DNA from: the human T2T-CHM13v2.0 reference genome, Homo sapiens
DNA: 64,000 nt
Strand: one strand, 5' to 3'
Assembly: GCF_009914755.1 (NCBI RefSeq)
Contig: NC_060929.1
Shown: positions 26,816 to 39,859 of the stretch, piece after piece
Position numbering within the stretch: position 1 is the first letter of the stretch
How the letters are laid out: each line of letters starts with the position of its first letter
The notes under the pieces: model-generated
Database searches by the model: none
What the model saw: the letters and a program-made list of their open reading frames with translations, nothing else
Told to the model about the DNA's origin: nothing
Program-made: the position numbers and the translations under genes

Positions 26816-29800
26816 TCTCAGTGGCAGCTGGAGCAGCAGGGAGAGGTCACCTTTATCATCTGGCTGGGGGCAGAAGCTTCCAGGCTAGAGGTGAGTGGCC
26901 ACTCCCAGAGTGAGGCAGGGAGGACGGAGCAGGACCTAGTCTTTCTCTTCCACTGGGCCAAGATTCAGTCAGCAGAGGTCCCAGGGCCCGCCTGTGCCAG
27001 GCCTGGTGAAAAGCATCGAGACTTGGCTGAGCTAGTTCTCTGTGCTCTTAGGAAAAGGGCACCAGGTCCTAAACTCAATCCTGTTTTCAGGGACCAGTGA
27101 AAGGAAGAAGCAGGAAAAGGGAAATAAGTGTTCAGAGCAGCCTGGAGCATGCATATACCATGTCTCGAACACTCTCTGCACCCCCCTCCTCTGAGCTCCC
27201 AGGGCCTGCAAGTTAGAAACAGGCCCTCTCCCTCCTTGGGTCCTGTAGCCAACGGCTGTCTCCAGTGATTGTCGAACCTGAAGAAATGAAGAAAATAAAA
27301 AACAAAAAGAGAATAAAAGATGAAAACTGAAAGAGCACTTGGCCCTGTCCACCCAGGGCAGTGGGGAGGGGCTGTGGGAAATGAGGGGTTGTTCTTGGCG
27401 GGGAGGGAGAAGCCTTCTCATCTGGGTTTCCTTCCTTCCTGGGTCCTGCACTTTCCTTGCAGACCGAGGTTTCTTGGTGGAGTTAAAGTCTAGAAACCTC
27501 TTCTTGGCTGAGTGGCCCATGGCGTAGGCAAATCTTTCATGAGAGAGAGATTAAACCTATGATGAAGGGATTTGACCAAATTGCTCTTCAAAGTGTTGCT
27601 TTTAAGTGACAACATCTTGCAAAATCTCTTTGCTGACTGTAATCTGGATGCAGTCCCTCTGTCCTCCTGTTATGGGGCTGAAATGAGGAGGCAGATAGTT
27701 CACGCTGTAGATCCAACTTGACACCACGGCCTTCCCCCTCCATCCCCCCATCCCAAGCAGCTTCCCTCTGTGCCTTTGCAGCCTGGGGCCCTCTAGGAGG
27801 CAGCCTCCGTGTTCACCCACCCCTGGTCATAGTCACCAGGCTGAAGGGCAAGGGACATTCCTTGGGGGACCGGGTGCAAAGGGGCTCTGGTTTCATCCAG
27901 CTCCATGAAAAGTAAGGCAGGCAGGATGGAGGAAAAGACGCTGAAAATTACAAATCACTAAACAAATGTCCATTGTCATTATATGGACTGTGGGTTCTTG
28001 AGGGTGAATCCAGAGTCATTCCTACTGACCCCATTTCTATGAACAGGCCAAACCCCCACCTGCCCCCTCCAGATGCTGAAGCCCATGTTTGCGTTACTCT
28101 TATTACCCCTCCCTCTACTCCAGTGGCAGAAGGTAATGAAAATGGAAAGATGACGAGTAATCACTTTAGTTAAAAAATGAGTGGGAAATAAGTAGTTTTC
28201 CTAGAACATTCAGAAAACTCGCCCTGCCTCTGGAGTCTGCATTTTGGAGACAGCGTCAGACCTCGGATGCTGGCTATGCCTCCCAGAGCAGAAGGAGAGC
28301 AATGGCATGAAAGAGGAGGAAACAGCAGCAGGAGGGCATCAAATTGCGAACATCAAATTGCAGAAGCCAGCTCTTGACAGAAAGGGGCTTGTTAATACTT
28401 AATTTGCTTTGCACTAAAACATAGGCATCCTTATAAATGTTAACTGGATACTGTAAGTACAATGCGTTAACCTGTTACAGAAACAGACTTGTGGAAAGAA
28501 ACTATTTTCTCCGCTACTTGCCAAACACATTTAACTGGGCCATAGAGCCCTCTAAAAGCACGTACGAGTCAGAGAATGATTCTGCCATTGGGACGTTTTC
28601 AGAAAACCAACAATTTTTTCTGAATTTTTAAGAAGACAAACAGAAGCCCCAGCCAGGGAAAGAGTGTCTTCTGTCTTGGTTTCTTAGATGGTGGTTGGAC
28701 TCGGAGCTTTCCTGCAATTTCACTCTGTGCCCAGCCCGTTGACTTCAGGAAACCATATACAGATAGGGCTGGTGCAGAGGGCTGGGGGCATTAATTGAGG
28801 ATGGAAATCCAGAAAAAGGCCGCCCCTCAGCAGCAGGGGATAACGAGGACCCTTTCCATGCCCCGGGAGTGTGTATTTTCTTCCAGTCTGGAAGCCCAGA
28901 AAGGACCTCTGATGTGTGCACGAGAGCCCTCGGTGCCCAGAGGATGCCAGCCTCACTGAGTTACAACTTCTCTCTAACAGCCACGTTTTGCTGCTAGAAG
29001 AGGAAGGATTCCCTCTGACAGGCTGCATGGCTGTTGTCCCAGCAAGTCCCTAGGAAACCAACAGTTTGCAGAACCCTGGACATGGAGCCATATTTGAAGT
29101 TCTTTGCTTAGATTTCTTTTATCCAGTGGTCTCCATATCCCAGGCATGTGCCAAGCTCCTCCCTGGGGCTCAGCCAAGAAAGGAAGATTGCCTGTTCTCC
29201 TGCTACAGGTCTGCTTTAACTGAGCAGTCAACCCAGACTTAGGTCCAAGTGTGCTGGATTCTCTAGGCTCCATTTTTCTTCCTAAAGTCAAGGGAAAAAC
29301 TCAAATTTCCTTTGGGTCAAAGGTATACATGTTCACTTCCTTTGCTTCCTTCTGGCTTCATATTCACAGTGGCTTTCTTGGGCCCCAAGCACACCCAACA
29401 GAAACTGCCCTCCTGTGTAATCCTCACAAATACCTGCTTCCTGAGCCAAACCCAGTGTCCCTCAAGTTGAGTTGCCATGAAACCCACTATGGGGGTTTCC
29501 AGACTCTGTAGGGGAAGGCAGCTTCCTCCTGCATTGCTTAGGACCCGAACTGGTCTACTTTGTTGGTCTCCTCTGCGGAGGTTGTGGGACTGTCCTCAGG
29601 ATATTAGTTGAAGCTCTTTCCATCCCCACCAACGGGAAGGGGAAGAAGAAAGGATGAGGAGAGGAAAGGGGAGAAGGAAGAGAGGTGGGGAGGCAGGCTC
29701 GTGAGACAGGCTCTCACCGTGGTGGATGGTGGGCTCGGCGGCTCTCAAGACAGCCCTCCCAGACTCTCGGGGGTGCGCTGGGGAGTCTCCTGTCTGTTGG

Positions 29801-29908
29801 CAGTGGGAGCTCAAGTGGATTTATTAGATTGGAGCTAATGGGCCACCTTCTGCCGCTGAGGCCAGAGTTTGTTTTGGAGTCTGTCCTCAGAAAGTCTTCG
29901 TGGTTCTA

Positions 29909-31590
29909 CCAGAAATAAGTTGCACGTATTCCAGTCACCTGATCTTCCAAAAAGTCGACAAAAATGAGCAACAGGAAAAAAGACTTCCTACTCAATAAAT
30001 GGTGCTGGGATACCTGGCTAGACATAGGCGGAAGAATAAAACTGAACTTCTCCCTTTCATCGTATACAAAAATAAATTCAAGATGCATTAAAGATTTAAA
30101 TATGAGACCTCAAACTATAAGAATCCTAAAAGAAAACCTAGGAAGTTCCATTCTGGGCATCAGCCATGGGAAAGAATTTATAATGAAGTTCTCAAAAGCA
30201 GTCACAACAAAAACAAAAATTGACACGTGGTACCTAATTAAACTAAAGAGCTTCTGCACAGCAAAAGAAACTATCAACAGAGTGAGCAGACAGCCTACAG
30301 GATGGTAGAAGCTATTTGCAAACAATGCATTCCACAAAGGTCTAATGTCCAGAATCTACAAGAAACTCAAACAACTCACAAACAAAAAACAAATAATTCC
30401 GTTGAAAACTTGGCAAAAGACATAAACAAACACTTCTCCAAAGAAAACATACAAGCAGCCAACAAACATGAGAAAATGCTCAACATCTTCAGAGAGATGC
30501 AAATTTAAACCGCAATGACATACCACCTCTCACCAGTCAGAATGACTATTACGAAAAAGTAAAAAAATAACAGATGCTGGCTGGGTATGGTGGTTTATGC
30601 CTGTAATCCCAGCACTTTGGGAGACTGAGGCAGGAGAATCGCTTGAGCCCAAGAGTTCAAGACCATCTTAGACAACATAACAAGACCTCATCTCTACAAA
30701 AAATATTTAAAAATAAGGTGGGCATGGTGGCACATGCCTGTGGTCTCAGCTACTTGGGAAGCTGAAGTGGGAGGATCACTTGAGCCCGGGAAGTTGAGGC
30801 TATGGTGAGCCATGACCATGCCACTGTACTCTAGCCTGCATGACAGACCAAGACCCTGTCTCAAAAAAAAAAATAAATAAATAAAAATAAAAAATAACAG
30901 AAGCTGGTGAGGCTGCAGAGAAAAGGTTATGCTTATACATTGTTGGTGGGGATGTAAATTAGTTCAACTACTGTGGAAAGCAGTTTGGACATTTCTCAAA
31001 GAATTAAAAGCAAAACTACCTTTAGATCCTGCAATCCCATATCTGGGTATTTGTATTTACCCAGAGGAAAATAAATAATTCTACCAAACAGACACATGTG
31101 TGCGTATGTTTATCACAGCACTATTCACAATAGCAAAGACATGAAATCAACTTAAATATCCATCAACACTGGACTGGATAAAGAAAATATGATACATATA
31201 CACAATGGAATACTACTCAGACAAACAAAAGGAAGGAAATCATGTCCTTTCCAGCAACATAGATGAAGTTGGAGGCCATTATACTAAGCAAATGAACACA
31301 GGAACAGAAAACCAAATACTGCATGTTCTCACTTATAAGTGGGAGCTAAACTTGGGATACACATGGACATAACAATGGGAACAATAGACACTGGGCTCTA
31401 CAAAGAAGGGAGGGAGGGAGAGAGAGAGGGGGCAAGGTATGAAAAATGACCTATTGAGTACTGTGCTCAGTACTTGGGTGACAGTTTCAATTGTACCCCA
31501 AATCTCAGCATCACGCAGTATACTCTGGTAACAAACCTGCACAGGTACCCACTGAAAATAAAATAAAAATTGAAATCATAAAAAAGAAAG
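29909..31590 (+). mobile_element. 5'-truncated L1 (L1PB/old L1PA) ORF2 3' end plus 3'UTR, interrupted by an AluJ
   Basis: ORF fragment [10 protein letters not shown]…[14 protein letters not shown] is L1 ORF2p; the 3'UTR and A-rich tail are present. Confidence 0.95.
30579..30887 (+). mobile_element. AluJ
   Basis: gcttgagcccaagagttcaagacc and ggaggatcacttgagccc; TSD aaaaataacaga(t/a)gct. Confidence 0.95.
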
Positions 31591-31644
31591 TTTTAGCTAT
31601 TCTAGAGGGCACCTTGAAAAGAAGACTCCCATCAAGCCAACTGA

Positions 31645-32004
<360 letters not shown>

Positions 32005-34372
32005 TGAGCCTTGGATTTCTAAGGACTGTCGTGCATAGATCCTAGATTTTTCCAGATTTTCCAGACCAGTTCTGGTCCACAGAACCTCTCTCTCAACAAA
32101 CCCCACAGCCATGTTTTGTCCACAGAAATGGGCCTGGCAAGACCCCTAATTTTGATCTTTGTTTTTGCCATTTCCCCCAGTGCCATGTCTGCACTGCCTC
32201 TGTTGCTGGAGGCATTCCTGAACAGCAATTTGACTTGACACATGTTTTTCAGTTGTTTGAAAGGTCATCAACTCACTCACCCACTGGGACAATCAATCCA
32301 TCACCCATCAATCAAATAATTCAACAGATGCTTATTAAATGTTTGGTGGTGTCATGCCCACATACGGTGTCTGTCCTCAGGAAGCTCCAGGAACCCAGGA
32401 AGGAATCTTAGTGCTTCTCAGCAGGTCACGTGGAAGCCCTGGCAGTTTTCAGAGATGTGCAACTGGTGGGGGATTGCAGAGCCCCTGCTGGGGTCTCTTC
32501 GCACTTGCTCCAGGAATGAGGGGCTCTGATGAGCTTCATGACCTGGTTATGTGTTCATTAGTAACATAAAGACATAATCCTCAAAGACAGTCTTTCCTTT
32601 TTATAGTCTTTCCTTTTAATGGCCAAACATAGATGAGAATGGTCATTTTCTAGTGTTTTCCAAATTACTTTGTTATGTCATGATCTAGCTTTTTGAAATC
32701 TTTCCATTGTCTTAGCTGTGGCGTTACATACTTCAAAACTCTGCTTATAATTTTGTTTTCATATGTAGGAAGAATTCTGAGTAGGGCATCAGGGAACCCA
32801 GCTCCCCATCTCAGCTTGGCTGTGGACATGGGGGTAGCGCTGGTTGGATCACTCTGTGCTCTATTTTTCACTGTTGAAGGATGGGGTCACTGGGGTGACT
32901 CCTGGGGTCCTTCTCACCAGTGGCAGTTGTGGTCCTGTTTGTTCGGCACACTGACCAAGGAGTGGGAAGAAGGGCAGTCAGGGTGGCTCGAAGGCAAATG
33001 GCTGCTGTTTCTACCAGGAGGGGTGGAAGCTTTTCCGTAGCCTTCATTCATAAGTGGGAGTACATCCAGTGGAGAAAATACAATTCACACATATTCTGTA
33101 TCATCATAAAAGATCCTTTGTGAAAGATACAAATATAAGTAGGATTATTTGTTTTCATGAGGCCTTGGAAGGAAACCCTTGTAGTCTGGATTTAGCTGTG
33201 TGCAGGGAACAAACTGTGGAAGTGGCTCAGGCAACTACTTGCAGTGGTGAGGGAGAAAAACCCTGGGTGGTCAAGCTCTTGCATGTCCTGGGGAAACAGG
33301 TGAGATGCCCACAGGACTAATTGCTCCTTGGTCCACCCTTCTGAATACACGAAACCCTCAAAACAGAGAGGGGCTTAGACTTTAGACAGGGCTTCTCTCT
33401 CCCTACCCTTCCCTACATGAAGACCAGCATCCTGGCTCCTGATGGGATCATACTCAGCCTGCCTTTATCGCCAAAGCTTCCAGATCCATGTGGCAACACC
33501 ACTTCCTGCCTCTTTCACTGGGTGAGGTGCAGACGTCAGGTCCTCCAGGGGCATTTTCTGCCTTTCAGGAGCTGAGGCTGCCCTGGTCTCACCCCTGATT
33601 TTACCCCCTGGTGAAATCCTTGAGGCATCTAAGGTGCATTAAGAGCTGTGGCGCAGAAGATGAGGGATCATAAGGCTTGCATGGGAGACTCAGCTGCGTC
33701 CTGTAGCCCTGTGAGTTTGGGTGTCTTGCCTAGCATTGCCGAATGTTGGGACACTCTTACCCACCTCGTGCACCAGTGTGAAGCCTAATGGGGATGATCC
33801 ACTGAGAGCTCTTGGCACAGCCCCTGTTGCATGGCAGGTGCTTCATAAACATGGGTTTCTTTCTGCATTTTGCTGTTCTGGGGTAGAGAGAGAGGTCCCG
33901 ACAAGTCTTCATGATAAAGACTATGCCAGCACATTGTGAGGGCTTTGCAGAATCTTCCTTGGCTGGTTTCTCTGTCCTTCCCTGAGGTCTGAAGTTCTGC
34001 AGAAGGTGCTAAGCAATTGCTAAACTCATATTCAGGGCGAGTGGGGAACTTGTCACCCACTTGTTCAGGGCTCCTTTTCTCTTTCTTCCTCTCCTAGCTG
34101 TCTTTGCAGGGATAGGTTCTTCCCAACCATCCCTCACTGTGACCCATACCTGGAGGGGGTCTGGAAAGCAATGACTGCAGCCTGAGTTCCCCTCATGGAG
34201 GCAAAGCCAGTCCCACCACCCTGGCTCAGGCTGGTGGCTGTCAGGAGGTGCTAGGCTACTCTCTGAGCTTTAGTTCCTATGACCCTAATTGCTAGGCGAA
34301 TGTGGAGGCAGTGGGGATGCTCAGTCAGTGCAGCTGGCCTGGGGGAATCCGGCTGTGTTTCTGGAGACCCTC

Positions 34373-34753
34373 TTATATGATTAGGCTTTGTATCCCCATC
34401 AAATCTCATCTTGAATTGTAATCTTTATATTCCCCATAATCTCTACATGTCAAGGGAGAGACCAGGTGGAGGTAATTGAATCATGGGGGCTGTTTCCCCC
34501 ATGCTGTTTCTGTGACAGTGAGTGGGTTCTCACGAGATCTGATGGTTTTATACGGGGCTTCCCTTTGCCAGGCACTTCTCCTTCCTTCCACCTTGTGAAG
34601 AAGCTGCCATTCTTACCCTTTGCCTTGTGCCATGATTGTAAGTTTCCTGAGGTCTCCCAAACATAGTGAACTATGAGTCAATTAAACCTCTTTCCTTTAT
34701 AAGTTACCCAGTCTCAGGTAGATCTTTATAGCAGCGTGAGAATGACTAATAAT
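34373..34753 (+). mobile_element. THE1C/D-like MaLR solo LTR
   Basis: aaatctcatcttgaattgtaatc…ccatgattgtaagtttcctgagg…gagtcaattaaacctc…gactaat; likely TSD ccctc/ccttc. Confidence 0.93.
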
Positions 34754-37434
34754 CCTTCCTTCCTTTACCTGGAGCTTAAGACTCCACAGATCAATGTGGC
34801 GACATCATTTCTTGCCTCTTACAACAGGGTGAGGTACAGACCTCAGCTCCTCCAGGGGCATCTTCTGCCTTTCAGAAGCTGATGCTTCCTTGGTTGGTGG
34901 ACAACCTTACCCTACCTTACCTTATCCTCTTTCAGCAGTAACCAGTCAGTTCCAACAGGAAGTGAGGGAAACAGAAACCTCTCCTATTGAGAAGATCCAT
35001 TCCAGGAATGCCTGCTGTGGCTGTCAGGCAACTCTAGAAGGAGGTCATTGGAAGTTTGCTGTCTGCTCATGGAACTGCTCCCCCGTCAGCCTCATTCACT
35101 GGGCTGGCGCCTGAGGGAGATGTCACAAAGGACAGTGTGCTGGGGTTGAGAGTGGGAAGGAGCGGGCAGCCATAGTTTCTTTTATTTTTCTGTTGAACAA
35201 ATTCTAATTTCTACAACAATTCACAACACATTTTTGGGACACTCCCATAATCCCAATTAAACATTAAAACCATGCATTGCTGTTCTGGGAATAAAATTTG
35301 AAAAGTACTGGTGCTTTTGTGCAGTCTAAGTCATTATACTTTTATGACTTTGGTTAACATTGGGCTATAAAAACCAGTAAATAACTGTTAAAAGCAGAGT
35401 CATTTGCTCAAAACTATTTTATGAGCTTCATTTTTGGAATGGTTGAACTTTCCGCTAGATTTTTCCCCTTCATACACACAGAATCTTTGTGTTTTTTACA
35501 ACTCAGCTTGTGAACAATATTCCACCTTCTGACTGAGGTAAGGCTGTGGGCCTCGTGGGCTGGAGACTGTTCTTCTGGGCCTGGATGATGCAACCGGATA
35601 TGCTATTTTCTCCACTGTTTTCTTGGGAGAAACCGTGTTTGTATTCTAGGCTCAGCGTGCTTTCAGTTGGTGGTTACACCTAAATATAAATATTGCAGCC
35701 ATTTCATAGGCACCCCCAGCCAAGCGGCACCTGCCATGATTTTCATTCTTGGGGTCCTGGCTGCTCATGGCGAATTTGACCCCCTAAACACACGTGCTCC
35801 TGGAGCACTGCCGGTTCTCTGCTTGCCAGTTCCCATAGGTCCTCCATGTCTCAGAAGAGCCTCGAGGGCAGTAATAACCCACAGGACGGTGCTCACCCAG
35901 CACCTGGGCACTCAACAGAGGCATTGGGAGGAGAGTTTTCCAGACCCTATTTGGTGGAAAGTCAAGAAGTCTCTTGATACCAACATCAGGGGCCAACACT
36001 CAGTGCATTCTAAGCTCCAGGTGTCCTGGGCAGCCCACTGTGGACAAGACGTAGTTGACTCTTCAGAAACTTTTGATGGTATGAACCCACATTAGAGATG
36101 AGCAGATGGAGGAGAATGGGTCCAAGAAGCCCAACCCAAGCCACGCAGCCAGAAATGCATAGCTGTAGTTTTGTGGTAATCACTGTGTCAGCATGGTTGC
36201 CATAGAGTGCCTGAGCAGACAGCATCACCAGGGGCCATCCATTCCATCTCAGCTCCAGTTCAGTCTCCTTTGGCAAGGCGGCTGAGCAATCAGGTCCCTG
36301 GGAACTGGCTGCCTGAAAGCCCTGCTCGTGTGTACCTTATCCCTGCCATGTTCCAGACTGAATGACAGAGCTGTGTCTGCAGAGCAGGTTTCCTGTAGCA
36401 CTGGGTGTGGATACAGGTTTCAAAACAATGCATTCTGTGTACCTGTTTTGCTTCTCAACTCACTCCTTAATAGCCTTGAAGTCTAAATCTAATCTGCATT
36501 TTTTTCTAAAGCAAGCAAACTGTCAAACAGGGTAAGTGTTTCTTAGGCCACCATTGTGCATTCTGTGTGTTGCAGCTCCCATGCCAGGATCCCCAGCCAC
36601 CATAGGATTCAGCATTTTAATATTCCGAATGCCCTTGAAAAGGCAGTAGCGATACCTTCCATTGCTAATGTTATTATCCCCATATGTTCCCTTTTGAGTT
36701 TTTTATTATCATACCTGACAAAATAGTTGCTGCTATTTTTCCTCTATATCATTTGGGGAATGTTCACCCCTGAAATGACTCCATGAGGGAGGATATTGAA
36801 GCATCAAATGAACTCATTGATTGGTACTCAGAAGAATTCCCTGGAGTGACAAAACAAGTTAATGTCTCAATCTGTAACTTGTAGCCCCATATTTCTTTGT
36901 CAGTGTCAAGCATTCCAAGCAATCTCAGACCTTGATTTTCAACTACTTTCACCTTAAAGTTTCTTGAAGTGTATAATCCTAACCACGAGTCTACATTTCT
37001 TCCCCAACAACATCTTCTAGGAGTGTTGGTCTGCAGTGGTGACTGTGAAGTGTTGTTGGGCAGGGAAAGTGGGAAATGGGAGGTGAAAATCCATCCCTTT
37101 ATAGAAAGCACAGCCCAGCACGGTTAGATCTTCCCACCAGGGGTGACAAGGAGGGTGGAGGGAGGAGGGCTTTAGTGCATATTTAGTATTGGCCAACGTT
37201 TAGATGATGTTGTCACAGACCAAAATGTCTCATTTCCTAACAATAAAGTTTAGGTGTCTATGTTTTACTTCAAATCAATAGACATAGCATACCATTTCAG
37301 AACCATAAAATACCTAAGATATAGCTTCTATAAGGAACTTACTTTGCACTGCAAGAAAGCATTCTGGTTGGTTCATTGTATTTCATTGATTAAAATTTAT
37401 AGTGGGAAAAATCTGGTAAAAAGACTAAGTTGGA

Positions 37435-37722
37435 GGCTGAGTGTGGTGGCTCACACCTGTAATTCCAGTACTTTGGGAGACTGAGGCAGTGGAATTGCTT
37501 GAGCCCTGGAGTTCAAGACCAGCCTGGACAACATGATGCAACATCACCGCTATATATAAAAAAAAATTAGCCTGATTTGCTGGCATGTACCTGTCGTCCC
37601 AGCTACTGAGGAGGCTGAGGTGGGAGGATGGCTTGATGGCTTGGAACCAGGAGGCAGAGGTTGCTGTGAGCCTTGATTATGTCACAGCACTTCAGCTTGG
37701 GTGACAGAGCAAGAATCTGATG
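37435..37722 (+). mobile_element. AluJ
   Basis: Sense Alu; TSD aaaagactaag(t/c)tgga at 37419-37434 and 38360-38375. Confidence 0.94.
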
Positions 37723-38293
37723 AAAGAAAGAAAGAGAAAGAAAGAAAGAAAGGAGAGAGAGAGAAAGAGAGAAAGAAAGAAAGAAGAAAGAAAGAAAGAA
37801 AGGTGAGAGAGAGAAAGAAAGAAAGAAGAAAGAAAGAAAGAAAGGGAGGGAGGGAGGGAAAGGAAAGGAGAGAGAAAGAGACAAAAGAAAGAAAGAGAGA
37901 GAAAGAAAGAAAGAAAAGAAGAAGGGAAAGGAAAGAGAGAAAGAGAGAAAGAAAGAAAGGAGAGAGAGAGAAAGAGAGAAAGAAAGAAAGAAAGGGAGGG
38001 AGGGAGGGAAAGGAAAGGAGAGAGAAAGAGAGAAAAGAAAAAGAAAGAGAGAAAGAAAGAAAGAAAGAAAGGGAGGGAGGGAGGGAAAGGAAAGGAGAGA
38101 GAAAGAGAGAAAAGAAAGAAAGAGAAAGAAAGAAAGAAAGAGAGAGAAAGAAAGAAAGAAAAGAAGAAAGGAAAGGAAAGGGAGAGAAAGAGAGAAAGAA
38201 AGGAGAGAGAGAGAAAGAGAGAAAGAAAGAAAGAAAAAAGAAAGAAAGAAAGGGAGGGAGGGAGGGAAAGGAAAGGAGAGAGAAAGAGAGAAA

Positions 38294-38337
<44 letters not shown>

Positions 38338-38364
38338 AAAAAGAAAGAAAGAAAGAAAGAAAAG
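37723..38364. repeat. ~640-bp compound (GAAA)/(GA)/(GGGA) purine tract
   Basis: Directly visible; almost no pyrimidines. Confidence 0.98.
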
Positions 38365-38639
38365 ACTAAGCTGGAATGAAAGTTGGGAGGAGTAAGTGGT
38401 TTTACTTGGGGAACCCATGTAGCATGTGAGCTTCCTTTATGAACTTAGAATCAGAGACTACCTGATAAGTTATTTTTCTGGCTTTATATATTGTCATTTA
38501 GAAACTGTTATTCTTGTCCTATCAATGTTACCTTGTTTGCTGTGCTCTGAGAAGCAACTCGTGGACTCACAAGAGGGCCCGACTGAGGAGGTAGAAGGAA
38601 AGGCACCACCACTGTCAAATGCTTCTTGTGTGTGAGATC

Positions 38640-38820
38640 CATCTGCTTACCAATTTAGTGTCTTAATCAACCCTTACAAACCCATGAAGTAAGTAAAAGA
38701 ATAACACTTTACAGATGAGAAAAACGGAGGCTCCAAACATGTATGCATCTCACTGGAGATCTAGGCACCACTGAGGATATGGCACAGTGGAACCTCGCAC
38801 CCAGGTGTGTTGGAGTCTGA
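38640..38820 (-). mobile_element. MIR fragment
   Basis: ccttacaaacccatgaagta…tttacagatgagaaaaacggaggctc…cccaggtgtgttggagtctga. Confidence 0.7.
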
Positions 38821-39859
38821 AAATTACTTTTTTTTCCATTGCATTACACATCTGATGAGACACGAACACACAACCCACTGTGAAAGATTGCCCACAATTA
38901 TGAAAATACAGGAGGTTTGGAATGCGGCATGCCTGCCACCTCACTTTTCATTAAGCCCCAGTCAGAACTCAGGGGTAATAGTGATCCACTCTCCTGTCAC
39001 CCAACACACGTTACCGTGTCACTTAATTCTCAGAGTGGGGAGAGGGACTTTGGAAATATTGGATAGCTATTTAGCACGGGCCCTTGACAACCTGCCTAAT
39101 GGAGATGTCTGAGTTTGTTCATTTGTCATGGTCTTCATCTGAATCCAGACAGTAAATGCTAAGTTAAAATTTAGAGCCAGGAAATAAGTCCATTTCCACT
39201 CTCAGTAGGTGCCACTTACATGCTCCTCAGCCACATCTGTCGAGATGAAGTGGCGATCCCAGGACTCGTGGCTGTGTCGCGCTGCACAGTTGTTAGAGCG
39301 TGGAAGCGTTGAGACAACATGAAGCCTGGAGCTGCCTCCATCCTTCTGAAGGGCTCTCCCTGGCCCCCGACCCAGCCTGAAGGAGCATTGCCCGCTGTCC
39401 ATGGGACTGTAGAACCATGGGGGACTGATTCTTGCTGCCCCCCAGACCAGTCAGATCTCTGCAAATTGACACTAACTGGATTTTCAGGCAATATAGTTTT
39501 CCAGGGACAAAAACACATATCCTACCCAATGTGGTCAGTGTGATTTGCTGCACTGATTGTTACCCAAGGAGGTAGAATCTGACCATAAAGGAAGCACCTG
39601 CCAACTCCCTGGGAGGTGGCTCCCTTCCTGACCTCCCTGCTTCTGCTCCTGTCTCTGAAATCCACTGCCCTCACCTCCTAGGGCAGCTCTCTGCCTGCTC
39701 TCAGCCTCTGAGTGTGCTGGGACATCTCAAAGCAAGGGATTTGGTTCAAAGGTGACTTCAATCAATTTTTTTCTTGTAGATTTGCTATCAATCAAATCAC
39801 AGTTATATTCATCTCTTGGTGAATTGAACAGCATAATTTGCCTTTTAAATCTTTATCAA

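Noticed and set aside
37603-38418. K/E/R-rich and F/L/S-rich ORFs (also 16298-16877)
   Set aside because: Purine/pyrimidine microsatellites cannot encode stop codons.
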